Below the pieces are notes generated by a model, which worked only from the letters and a program-made list of their open reading frames with translations, ran no database searches and was not told the origin of the DNA. From Candidatus Kaiserbacteria bacterium (GTDB lineage Bacteria; Patescibacteriota; Minisyncoccia; Phycocordibacterales; Phycocordibacteraceae): a stretch of 64,000 nucleotides of DNA. Shown here piece by piece: positions 16,001-24,012 of the stretch. Each line of letters starts with the position of its first letter. Position 1 is the first letter of the stretch. The stretch is taken from contig OY969413.1 of the NCBI GenBank assembly GCA_963699165.1, positions 212,310 through 276,309 on the forward strand, written 5' to 3'. The translations under genes were made by a program, and so were the position numbers.

Positions 16001-17085
16001 ACACCACTGGCTCATACAACTCCGCACAGGGTTTTAACGCCCTCTCCTCCAACACCACTGGCTCATACAACTTCGGACTTGGTTACCAGGCAGGCTATGG
16101 CGACGGCTCCAACGCCGACAACCAGTCGGTCATCGACAACTATATGACCTTCATAGGAACGTACTCGTCGCGCGACGCTTCGGTGGCTTCCACAACTGCG
16201 CTAAGCAAAAGCACAGCAATCGGATACAACGCGAAAGTGGGGTGCTCGAACTGCCTTGTGCTTGGTGGGACGGGTGCGGATGCGGTAAATGTCGGCATCG
16301 GGACGACGACGCCATACGCACGATTGATGGTTTGGGGACCGGACACCGCTTCCACTTCCGCCTTTGCGATTGTGAACAGCGCATCCACCACCGTCTTCTC
16401 AATCTTCGACAACGGCAACGCCACCTATTCCGGCTCCATCTTCCAATCGTCCGATGCACGACTAAAGTCCAACGTTACTCCGCTTGATGCCTCTTCTTCT
16501 CTTGCCGCCATCAACGGACTCACGCCTGTCTCATACAACCGTCTCGACCAGAACGACTCGGGTACGAACTTGGGCTTCATCGCGCAAGCCGTACAGAGCG
16601 TGTTCCCCGAACTCGTCTCCACCACCTCTCCCACGGTACTTACCCCGGGCGGCACCCTCACGGTCAACTATGTGGGACTCATCGCGCCTCTCGTGAAGGC
16701 CGTGCAGGCGCTTTCGGGGCAGGTGAGTGCGCTTGCCTCGACGGTGACGGGTTTTGCGCAGTCGTTTACTTCGCAGAATATTACGGCAAAACAGCAACTC
16801 TGTGTCGGCGATACCTGCGTCACTGAAAGCCAGTTGAAAACGCTTTTGCAAAATGCGGGGCAGGGGAGCGGACAATCCGCGGCCGCCGCAGCGGCGGCCG
16901 CGGGCTCGGCATCGGGAAATTCGCAAGACGCGGCCGCAGGCCAAATCAAAGTCGATTCGGCAAGTTCTACCGAACAGCAAACACCTGCTGATTCCACAGC
17001 GACTTCAGCTCCTGTGACGGGGACTACAACTTCGCTTGATATAATCTCACAGACGGATTCGTCAGTTTCAAACACTACTAACTAA
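13030..17085 (+). CDS. Giant secreted repeat protein (1351 aa): signal peptide, GIGTTSP-type fibre repeats, 17-aa NTTGSxNSAQGxxALYx beta-roll-like repeats in two duplicated blocks, C-terminal phage-tail-fibre-type intramolecular chaperone (peptidase S74-like, SDARLK) domain
   Basis: N-terminal MPSRRRFSTLPTLVLILSLAPLAAQA signal. SSDARLKSNVTPLD...LTPVSYNRLD...GFIAQAVQSVFPELV matches the self-cleaving chaperone of endosialidase/tail-fibre proteins (Ser ... Lys five residues later). Ala/Ser/Gly-rich C-terminal tail. Confidence 0.85.
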   Translation: MPSRRRFSTLPTLVLILSLAPLAAQAALYAPGATLDPACGPTDPNCGVATTTISGTITMNGSIIPSVANTYSLGTAQNTWKDVYVGPGSLYVNGQEVLYTDPSHNVNVSADVNQDLILQTSGTGDIQLNPSGTGGLILLKGNVQLSAGKTLRSSDGTPLQFSDGIQAGNLALQANKLAAANTNGSLEFASLGLGAVYVSHGNFGIGTTSPLAALAVSGGASIGSDYNFAAPSNSLIVEGLVGIGTTSPSQSLSVNGRVYSSGGFQFPDGTIQTTAAFGGGATSTLLSDSNTFSGLDSFTNASSNFAGTWQGKALSYFQTALGYTPYNATNPNNYIPLTALSAGTGISYNNTTGQITNTGITSNTGNWAGTWQTYSPASFQPAGAYATFGYPFPSGATTTALTIDGATFAAGSTGNVGIGTTSPTSPLQIGVDSFTTPDLLIGSGANVGNFISLSGNRGIIGVNPSSGQFSLTAGSGKAFAFYVNSTNAPETGTQALIVQSNGNVGIGNTSPSYKLDVSGFINTDQYSGYNQAGNTVLYASTTNNSLAIGASQAAAWMSASSTQWYSVAIGSGALATTPTSAGAQYNTAEGYQDLNHNTTGSYNSAQGANALYNNTTGSYNSAQGYKALYYNTTGSYNSAQGFYALQNNTTGSNNSAQGNSALHSNTTGSNNSAQGQAALYSNTSGNQNSAQGANSLSSNTTGSYNSAQGNSALYSNTTGNYNFGLGYQAGYGDGTNADNRSVIDNYMTFIGTYSSRDASVASTTALSKSIAIGYNAKVGCSNCLVLGGTGADAVNVGIGNVSPSYPLDVSGFINTDQYSGYKQAGNTVLYASTTNNSLAIGASSAAAWMAASSTNWYSVAIGSGALATTPTNASAQYNTAEGYQALNHNTTGSNNSAQGYKALNANTTGYNNSAQGLNALLSNTTGSWNVAQGVNSLSHNTTGSNNSAQGYQALYFNTTGQQNSAQGVSALYANTTGSYNSAQGKGALYSNTTGSYNSAQGFNALSSNTTGSYNFGLGYQAGYGDGSNADNQSVIDNYMTFIGTYSSRDASVASTTALSKSTAIGYNAKVGCSNCLVLGGTGADAVNVGIGTTTPYARLMVWGPDTASTSAFAIVNSASTTVFSIFDNGNATYSGSIFQSSDARLKSNVTPLDASSSLAAINGLTPVSYNRLDQNDSGTNLGFIAQAVQSVFPELVSTTSPTVLTPGGTLTVNYVGLIAPLVKAVQALSGQVSALASTVTGFAQSFTSQNITAKQQLCVGDTCVTESQLKTLLQNAGQGSGQSAAAAAAAAGSASGNSQDAAAGQIKVDSASSTEQQTPADSTATSAPVTGTTTSLDIISQTDSSVSNTTN
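14520..16300 (+). repeat. Tandem direct duplication of ~880 bp (two ~294-aa blocks, ~85-90% identical) inside the giant gene, each containing ~9 copies of a 51-bp (17-aa) repeat
   Basis: Blocks ~14520-15410 and ~15410-16300 align nearly base for base (NVGIGNTSPSYKLDVSGFINTDQYSGY... vs NVGIGNVSPSYPLDVSGFINTDQYSGY...). Both end in ...CSNCLVLGGTGADAVNVGIG. Confidence 0.8.
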
Positions 17086-17088
17086 TAT

Positions 17089-17592
17089 ATGATATATATG
17101 CACGACAAGACTCGACTTAATTTTATACAGCGTTTTTTTAGCTTCATCGGTCGCAGTTTTATTTGGATTGTTCTTTTGTTTGCAGCTGCAATTCTTTTCG
17201 GCGTCTATGAACTTGGACGATACAGCGTGTATCAAGCCAATCCGGGGCTCGCAAATGCAGAGCAGGCAAACAGCATACTTGAAAATGTGGGCAAGCTCAT
17301 CAACTTGCCAAATGAGACTCCAACGATGGCAACAATCAAAGACGCAATCAGCGCTAAGCAAGGACAGCCTTTTCTTGTAGATGCCGAGGACGGCGATGTT
17401 CTTATTGTATATCCCAATGCGGCGCAGGCGTTTTTGTATCGCCCGTCGGTGAATAAACTTATTAACGTTGGGCCGGTGACCAACGGGGGAAACTCGCCCG
17501 CGATACAGCAGCCGTCCGCACCTGCCAAATCTACGGCAGAGGCGACATCGAGCAATGACACAGGCGCTACCAGCACCAAGACGAAGAAATAG
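17089..17592 (+). CDS. Hypothetical membrane-anchored protein
   Basis: 167 aa, one N-terminal TM helix, Ser/Thr/Ala-rich C-terminus. Starts 3 nt after the giant gene stop. Confidence 0.45.
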   Translation: MIYMHDKTRLNFIQRFFSFIGRSFIWIVLLFAAAILFGVYELGRYSVYQANPGLANAEQANSILENVGKLINLPNETPTMATIKDAISAKQGQPFLVDAEDGDVLIVYPNAAQAFLYRPSVNKLINVGPVTNGGNSPAIQQPSAPAKSTAEATSSNDTGATSTKTKK

Positions 17593-18451
17593 TGCGGTGC
17601 GCGCTTTAACGCGCGCCGCACTTGCATTCCTATTTGCGGCTCCGTTTGCGTATGCTTCTTCGAGCAATATGGATGCAGCCAATAAATATGCATGGAGCAA
17701 TATCGGCGGATGGATCAATTTCGCGCCCGCAAACAGCACGGTCATCGTTACTGATTCTGCCATTACCGGCTACGCTTGGAGCGCAAACGACGGATGGCTC
17801 AATCTTTCGCCTGCGCAGGGCGGCGTAAGGAACGACGGACTAGGACATCTTTCGGGATTTGCATGGGATTCCGCTACCGGTTGGGTTTCATTTAACGGAG
17901 TAACAATCGACTCTTCCGGCAAATTTCACGGCATGGCAACGGGCGCAAACGATTATGCAATCAACTTTGACTGTTCTTCATGCGACGTTGTTACGTTATG
18001 GCGGCCGGCATCGTCTCATCCCTCTTCCGGTCAGGGCGGAGGCGCAATTTCGCCGGTTACTGGAGGCAGTTTGCCCGCAGTACCGTTAACGCTATTTCAG
18101 GCAATACCATTAACGGCGAACCCCCAAACTCAGTTCCCCAGAACAGCGACCGGTCAAGAAACCACAGCGGCTCGAAGTGCATCAACGGCTAAAAACCCCT
18201 CCGCAGGCGCAGTGCGTCAAACAAGTTCGACGACGAGGGCATTACGCAAGCCAACTGGTGGCTCCGCGGCCGCAACTACAACTCAAATTAAAGCCAAGAC
18301 GCCGACTCTCGCCGCAAGCACGACCGCTGAAAACAGGGTTACAACTAGCGGTTTCTATATTGGGATTGTCCCGATTCCTGCATTTGTGATTTCTCTTGCC
18401 AATAATGTCGTCTCATTCTTTAAACCATTTTTTATGGGATTGAATAAATGA
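17555..18451 (+). CDS. Hypothetical secreted protein with three W-x-N-x-GW-x-NF-type repeats and Thr/Ala-rich C-terminus
   Basis: 298-aa ORF. A GTG at ~17597 would give a clean signal peptide (VRALTRAALAFLFAAPFAYA) and remove the overlap with the upstream gene. Repeats: AWSNIGGWINF, GYAWSANDGWLNL, GFAWDSATGWVSF. Confidence 0.5.
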   Translation: MTQALPAPRRRNSAVRALTRAALAFLFAAPFAYASSSNMDAANKYAWSNIGGWINFAPANSTVIVTDSAITGYAWSANDGWLNLSPAQGGVRNDGLGHLSGFAWDSATGWVSFNGVTIDSSGKFHGMATGANDYAINFDCSSCDVVTLWRPASSHPSSGQGGGAISPVTGGSLPAVPLTLFQAIPLTANPQTQFPRTATGQETTAARSASTAKNPSAGAVRQTSSTTRALRKPTGGSAAATTTQIKAKTPTLAASTTAENRVTTSGFYIGIVPIPAFVISLANNVVSFFKPFFMGLNK

Positions 18452-18470
18452 AGTTTTCTAATACCGAGTT

Positions 18471-18926
18471 TTAACCCAACAACCCCTCCACAACCGCCTT
18501 CACGTCTCCACCGTCCGCTTTTCCTTTCAAATCCTTCATAAGCGCGCCGATAAATTTACCGGAGTCCGCTTTGCTCGAAACGCCAAGTTCCGCCATTTTC
18601 GCCTTCGCGACAACTTCGATTTCCTCGCGGCTCATTTGAGAGGGGAGATAGGATTCGATAATTGCGAGCTCCTCTTTCTCGGGTTCCGCCAAATCGTTTC
18701 GCGATGCCTTTTCAAACTGCTCGATTGAGTCCTTGCGCTGATTTGCCGCACGTTTCAACACCGCAATTGATTCCTCATCCGTGAGAAATTCGTCCGGCTT
18801 GCGCTTCTTGGACACGACTTCGTTGGTCATTGCCGTTACTAGCGACCGAAGCGTTCGCAGCTTTACTTCGTCTTTTGCTCGCAATGCGTCGGGAATAGAA
18901 CGCTTAAGATTTTCGTGGATAGACAT
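18471..18926 (-). CDS. yqeY: GatB/YqeY domain protein
   Basis: 151 aa starting MSIHENLKRSIPDALRAKDEVKLRTLRSL...; strong match to the YqeY family pattern. The six-frame ORF extends further upstream into the divergent intergenic region. Confidence 0.8.
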   Translation of the reverse strand: MSIHENLKRSIPDALRAKDEVKLRTLRSLVTAMTNEVVSKKRKPDEFLTDEESIAVLKRAANQRKDSIEQFEKASRNDLAEPEKEELAIIESYLPSQMSREEIEVVAKAKMAELGVSSKADSGKFIGALMKDLKGKADGGDVKAVVEGLLG

Positions 18927-18945
18927 GTTTGTGATTGTAACACGC

Positions 18946-19061
18946 CAGTCGCCTTGCACTCGAAATGAGCGCGGTATTTTTCTGCTGAAAAATCCGCTCC
19001 TCTTACGCCGTCGCGTTGCGAGACCCATTTCTCGTGCAAGGCGACTGGCGTTATACTTACA
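18946..19061. promoter_or_regulatory. ~30-bp imperfect inverted repeat (TGTAACACGCCAGTCGCCTTGCACTCGAAATG / reverse complement) bracketing the yqeY-rmuC divergent intergenic region
   Basis: Arms at ~18946-18977 and ~19026-19061, two mismatches plus one small indel. Each arm lies just upstream of one divergent start codon. Confidence 0.35.
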
Positions 19062-19063
19062 GT

Positions 19064-20116
19064 ATGAGCATTTTACAGGTCGGCATCCTTATCATCGTTT
19101 TGGTAACTGTTCAGGGAATTGGGCTGTATTTCATAAGCCGCCGGCGCGAAGCGCCGGCGGAAAATGGGGGCATGGTTCTTCTGCAACAACAGATGCAGGA
19201 AATGGCGCGAACGCTCGACGCGCGCGTCGCTGAATCCTCCCGCGCCATGCAGGAAAACTCGCACCGCCAATTTTCCGAAAGCTCGCGCTTGATTAAAGAA
19301 ATCACGCAAGAAGTCACCTCGGTCAAAGAAATCGGCCGTCAGACCCAAGGATTTGCCGAACAGCTTCAGTCGTTGCAGGACTTGCTCAAGAATCCGAAAC
19401 AGCGCGGCATTCTCGGCGAGTATTATCTTGAAACCGTTTTGAAAAACGTGCTTCCGCCCGGCATGTACAAAATCCAGTATCCGTTTAAAAACGGCGAAAT
19501 CGTTGACGCTGCCGTTTTTGTAAGCGATAAAATTGTCCCGATTGATTCGAAGTTTTCACTCGATAACTACAACCGATTCGTCAGCACGCAAGTGGGGAGC
19601 GCCGAGCGCGCGGTCGCCGAAAAGGCGTTTGTGAACGACCTCAAGCTGCGCATTCAAGAAACGGCAAAATACATTCGTCCGGACGAAGGTACGATGGACT
19701 TCGCTTTCATGTTTATTCCGTCCGAAGGCATTTACTACGATCTTTTAACAAATCAAGTCGGGGCCGGCGAAGAAGAAAATCTCATACAAAGAGCGGCGGG
19801 GAAGTATAAGGTCATCATCGTTTCGCCGACGTCATTTCTCGCATATTTGCAGACGGTAATGCAGGGATTAAAAGCCCTTCAAATCGAAGAAAAAGCCGTC
19901 GAAATCCAAAAGCGAGTAGGCGAGCTCGGGAAGCATATCGCTTCATATCAAGAATTTTACAGAAAACTCGGCGTCTCTCTTGGCACGTCTGTAAGCCACT
20001 ACAACGCGGGCTATAAAGAACTTGGTAAAATCGACAAGGATGTATACCGCATTGCGGAGTCGCGAATCGGCATCGAACCCGAGCTGCTTGAGAAGCCGTC
20101 GGAAGGACTTGACTAA
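19064..20116 (+). CDS. rmuC: DNA recombination protein RmuC
   Basis: N-terminal TM, long coiled coil, C-terminal RmuC nuclease-like domain (KYKVIIVSPTSFLAYLQTV). Internal ATG chosen (MSILQVGILIIV...). Confidence 0.85.
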   Translation: MSILQVGILIIVLVTVQGIGLYFISRRREAPAENGGMVLLQQQMQEMARTLDARVAESSRAMQENSHRQFSESSRLIKEITQEVTSVKEIGRQTQGFAEQLQSLQDLLKNPKQRGILGEYYLETVLKNVLPPGMYKIQYPFKNGEIVDAAVFVSDKIVPIDSKFSLDNYNRFVSTQVGSAERAVAEKAFVNDLKLRIQETAKYIRPDEGTMDFAFMFIPSEGIYYDLLTNQVGAGEEENLIQRAAGKYKVIIVSPTSFLAYLQTVMQGLKALQIEEKAVEIQKRVGELGKHIASYQEFYRKLGVSLGTSVSHYNAGYKELGKIDKDVYRIAESRIGIEPELLEKPSEGLD

Positions 20117-20118
20117 AT

Positions 20119-20147
20119 AGCAGAGCCGTGCTATTTTCTCTTTAGAA
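20119..20147 (+). terminator. Rho-independent terminator after rmuC (atagca-gagccg-tgctat + TTTCTCTTT)
   Basis: 6-bp stem, 6-nt loop, T-rich tail immediately after the rmuC stop. Confidence 0.45.
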
Positions 20148-20194
20148 AGTCGGCGTGCGTCGACATCCGTCCCGTTCGGGACAAGGAGGCCTGC

Positions 20195-20548
20195 GTGTCC
20201 AACTCGAAGAGATCAAAGCTGAATGGAGCGTGTGTGCTTGCCGCTTTTGTGGCGGCGTGCGCGCTCGCTATTTTCTGGCCAATAAATGGTCCCGGTCCTT
20301 TGTATTCGCCGACCGAGCTCACGAACAAGCAAATTCTGGCACGGCTCAAACCGGGCAAGACGGTGACGGTCCGGTTAGAAAAGGGTCGTGTACCGTTTTG
20401 CGCTCGGTACAGGGAGACCGAGATGTCTCCCAACTCACGCGTCGGGGACTTCTATGTGCGGGTCGCGTTCTTTCCGGAAGACGCGTTTCCGGACTATGTG
20501 GACGTCCGCGAGGACGGACACGACATCCAAGCCGGGTGCCACCAGTGA
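20195..20548 (+). CDS. Hypothetical small exported/membrane-anchored protein
   Basis: GTG start preceded by AAGGAGG at -8; N-terminal hydrophobic segment. The 117-aa product looks more protein-like than the overlapping +2-frame ORF 20155..20649. Confidence 0.45.
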   Translation: MSNSKRSKLNGACVLAAFVAACALAIFWPINGPGPLYSPTELTNKQILARLKPGKTVTVRLEKGRVPFCARYRETEMSPNSRVGDFYVRVAFFPEDAFPDYVDVREDGHDIQAGCHQ

Positions 20549-20633
20549 CGGTTGGCTCCCGCAATCAATCAAGCCGCGAGGGTAACTTCGCGGTCTTGCT
20601 ATTTATATGCAACCGTGCTAGATTGGACGAACT

Positions 20634-20951
20634 ATGGAAGTGGCCGTAATCAAGACGGGCGGGAAGCAGTATGTCGTCTCCAAAGGCGATACTATTTCGA
20701 TAGAGAAGCTCCCCGCCGATTTGAAAAAAGGTGACACGGTTGTCTTTGGCGAGGTGCTCCTCGTCGACAACGGCTCGGACACGACCATCGGCGCGCCGAT
20801 TATCAAAGGCGCGGAGGTCAAGGGCACCGTTGTTCTCGCCGGGAAGGCAAAGAAAATTGAGGTGGTGAAATACAAGCCGAAGAGCCGCTACTACAAGCGC
20901 AACGGCCACCGCCAGCCGGTTCTGCAAGTGAAAATCGATTCGATTTCTTAG
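20634..20951 (+). CDS. rplU: 50S ribosomal protein L21
   Basis: MEVAVIKTGGKQYVVSKGDTISIEKL...; canonical L21. Confidence 0.92.
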   Translation: MEVAVIKTGGKQYVVSKGDTISIEKLPADLKKGDTVVFGEVLLVDNGSDTTIGAPIIKGAEVKGTVVLAGKAKKIEVVKYKPKSRYYKRNGHRQPVLQVKIDSIS

Positions 20952-20982
20952 TCATCTCAAAAACTCGAGAGCAAGACCTCAG

Positions 20983-21153
20983 AACCTGTTTCAAAAATAA
21001 CTTTCTGAAATGCCTGGCCGCTGCGAGCCGCCTGTTTCGGCTACGAAGCGCAACGGCTCGCCCTCGCCGTACCTCAGGTATGTCTCGGTCTGCGCCGGCA
21101 CTTCTCGCTCGAAACAGACGGCTCTCGCAAGGCCATTATTTTTGAAACAGGTT
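20983..21153 (+). other. ~170-nt extended nested inverted repeat (perfect 18-bp outer arms AACCTGTTTCAAAAATAA / TTATTTTTGAAACAGGTT with further inner pairing) between rplU and the DEAD-box helicase gene; candidate structured RNA or 5' leader
   Basis: Outer arms at 20983-21000 and 21136-21153. Inner arms GCGAGCCGCCTGTTTCG / CGAAACAGACGGCTCTCGC. No credible ORF. Confidence 0.45.
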
Positions 21154-21205
21154 CCGCAAGGCCTTCGTTTTCGTTTTCTCATTATTTAATTATCTATATA
21201 CATTT

Positions 21206-22564
<1,359 letters not shown>

Positions 22565-22586
22565 AACTCTTCGTATAAAAGCTAAA

Positions 22587-22620
22587 GGGCGCCCTCACAT
22601 TTGTGAGGGCGCCCTTTTTA
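22587..22620 (+). terminator. Rho-independent terminator (GGGCGCCCTCACA-tt-TGTGAGGGCGCCC + TTTTT)
   Basis: 13-bp perfect stem followed by a T-run, 22 nt after the helicase stop. Confidence 0.8.
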
Positions 22621-22856
22621 TGGGCTGACGTCTACGCCGCGACCGCGAGTTTAACCATCGCCGGGCTAAGGAATCTACCTTCTGCATCAAAGACGGCGAC
22701 TCGGTTGCTGAAGCCAACGAACAAGACTTTGTATTTCTTTTCCCCCGAAATCTCGTCGATATGTAGAGTTTGTTTTTCCCAGCCCGCCGAAGCCGGATTC
22801 GTTGGTCCGAAAAGTTCCGCCGTTGAACCGATATACATAAAAAGACCTTACCTTTC

Positions 22857-23960
22857 CTAACTTGTTGAGAAGCAATCCCAACTCGTTAGTAGGTATACAA
22901 CTTTGCAAAAAATTTGTCCAGCTACTGTACGCGTCCAGTACTTTTGGCAGTCCCCGACGGTTAATGTACACACAATATACCGCAAGGGGGACACCATGCC
23001 GAGCGACTGGTGCGGGCGTTTGGTGTTGTACCAGATCAGCCAGTCGACAAGCTTCAGATTGAAGGAATGAATATCGTCCCGCAGCAGGCCCCGATTCAGC
23101 ATGATGAAGTCCTCGGAGACGGTGCGATTGAATCGTTCGACGTGGGCATTCATCTTGGGAGTGCGGGGGCGGGTGTGAAAGTGCGTGAGCCCGAGTTCGG
23201 CACAGGCATCCTCGAAGTGTTTGGCGAACTCGCTCCCGTTGTCGGTCTGCAACTCGTCGATATCGAAGGGGCAAACCTCGATGACTCGGCGAAGGAAGTC
23301 GTCCGCGCTTCTCGACGAGTGGTTCGTATACGCGCCCGCAAAGGCGAACTTCCGCTCCACATCCACTGCCGTGAGGACGTACCGCTTCACGCCGTCGATG
23401 AAGCGGACGACGGTATCGAGCTCCATGCCGCGCTTGCCGGTGCGGCGAAGCTTGGTACGGCGTTTCTGCGGTGTTTCCGTGTGATTGCCCGTACGTGCGT
23501 GGAACGAGAGCCGGCTCTGCTGCGGGAGCAGACCGCGGTTCTTCAAATCCAGAATGACCCGCCCAACGTATGACTCCGACACGGAGTACCCTTCTTCGCG
23601 CAGGAGAACGGCAAGCTTTGCTTTCCCAAGCCGGGGATGCGCCTGTCGTTCGCGGATGATGAAATCCTCGACCTCGGGCAGAACAGTCCTCCTTCGACGC
23701 GCCTTCGGCGCAGTGCTCTTCGGGTCAAGTGCATCAATGCGGCCCTCGTGGGCTTTGAGTTCCTCCTTCCAGCGATACAAGGTGCGCTCCGAGGTGCCAA
23801 AGGCGTCGTATGCGGCCTCCGTCCCGTGCATGTCCCAGAATCCCAATATCTTCACCCGTCTGTCGACTTCCTTTGGTTTCCGCATATGCCGCAATCGTAT
23901 CGTCCTTTCCCACATGCTCAACCAGCCCTTCGTACCCCTGAAATTGCTTCTGATGCGCAT
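22857..23960 (-). CDS. IS481-family DDE transposase (copy 2); reading frame runs 60 nt into flank DNA before a stop
   Basis: Same 345-aa core as copy 1. C-terminus ...WTRT then VAGQIFCKVVYLLTSWDCFSTS from flanking sequence. Confidence 0.8.
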   Translation of the reverse strand: MRIRSNFRGTKGWLSMWERTIRLRHMRKPKEVDRRVKILGFWDMHGTEAAYDAFGTSERTLYRWKEELKAHEGRIDALDPKSTAPKARRRRTVLPEVEDFIIRERQAHPRLGKAKLAVLLREEGYSVSESYVGRVILDLKNRGLLPQQSRLSFHARTGNHTETPQKRRTKLRRTGKRGMELDTVVRFIDGVKRYVLTAVDVERKFAFAGAYTNHSSRSADDFLRRVIEVCPFDIDELQTDNGSEFAKHFEDACAELGLTHFHTRPRTPKMNAHVERFNRTVSEDFIMLNRGLLRDDIHSFNLKLVDWLIWYNTKRPHQSLGMVSPLRYIVCTLTVGDCQKYWTRTVAGQIFCKVVYLLTSWDCFSTS

Positions 23961-24004
23961 ATATCCTCGGTTATGAGGACTGCCAAATGTATCTGAACTT
24001 ATGC
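22926..24004 (-). mobile_element. IS481-family insertion sequence, copy 2 of 3, flanked by 6-bp target duplication AGCTAC
   Basis: Identical to copy 1 and copy 3 apart from the transposase codon noted on feature 61061..62104; flank repeats at 22920-22925 and 24005-24010. Confidence 0.9.
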
Positions 24005-24012
24005 AGCTACGC

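Noticed and set aside
20155-20649. 164-aa ORF overlapping the 20195-20548 hypothetical gene in another frame
   Set aside because: No RBS, Arg/Gly-rich. The 20195 frame has an AAGGAGG RBS and a plausible signal/TM segment.
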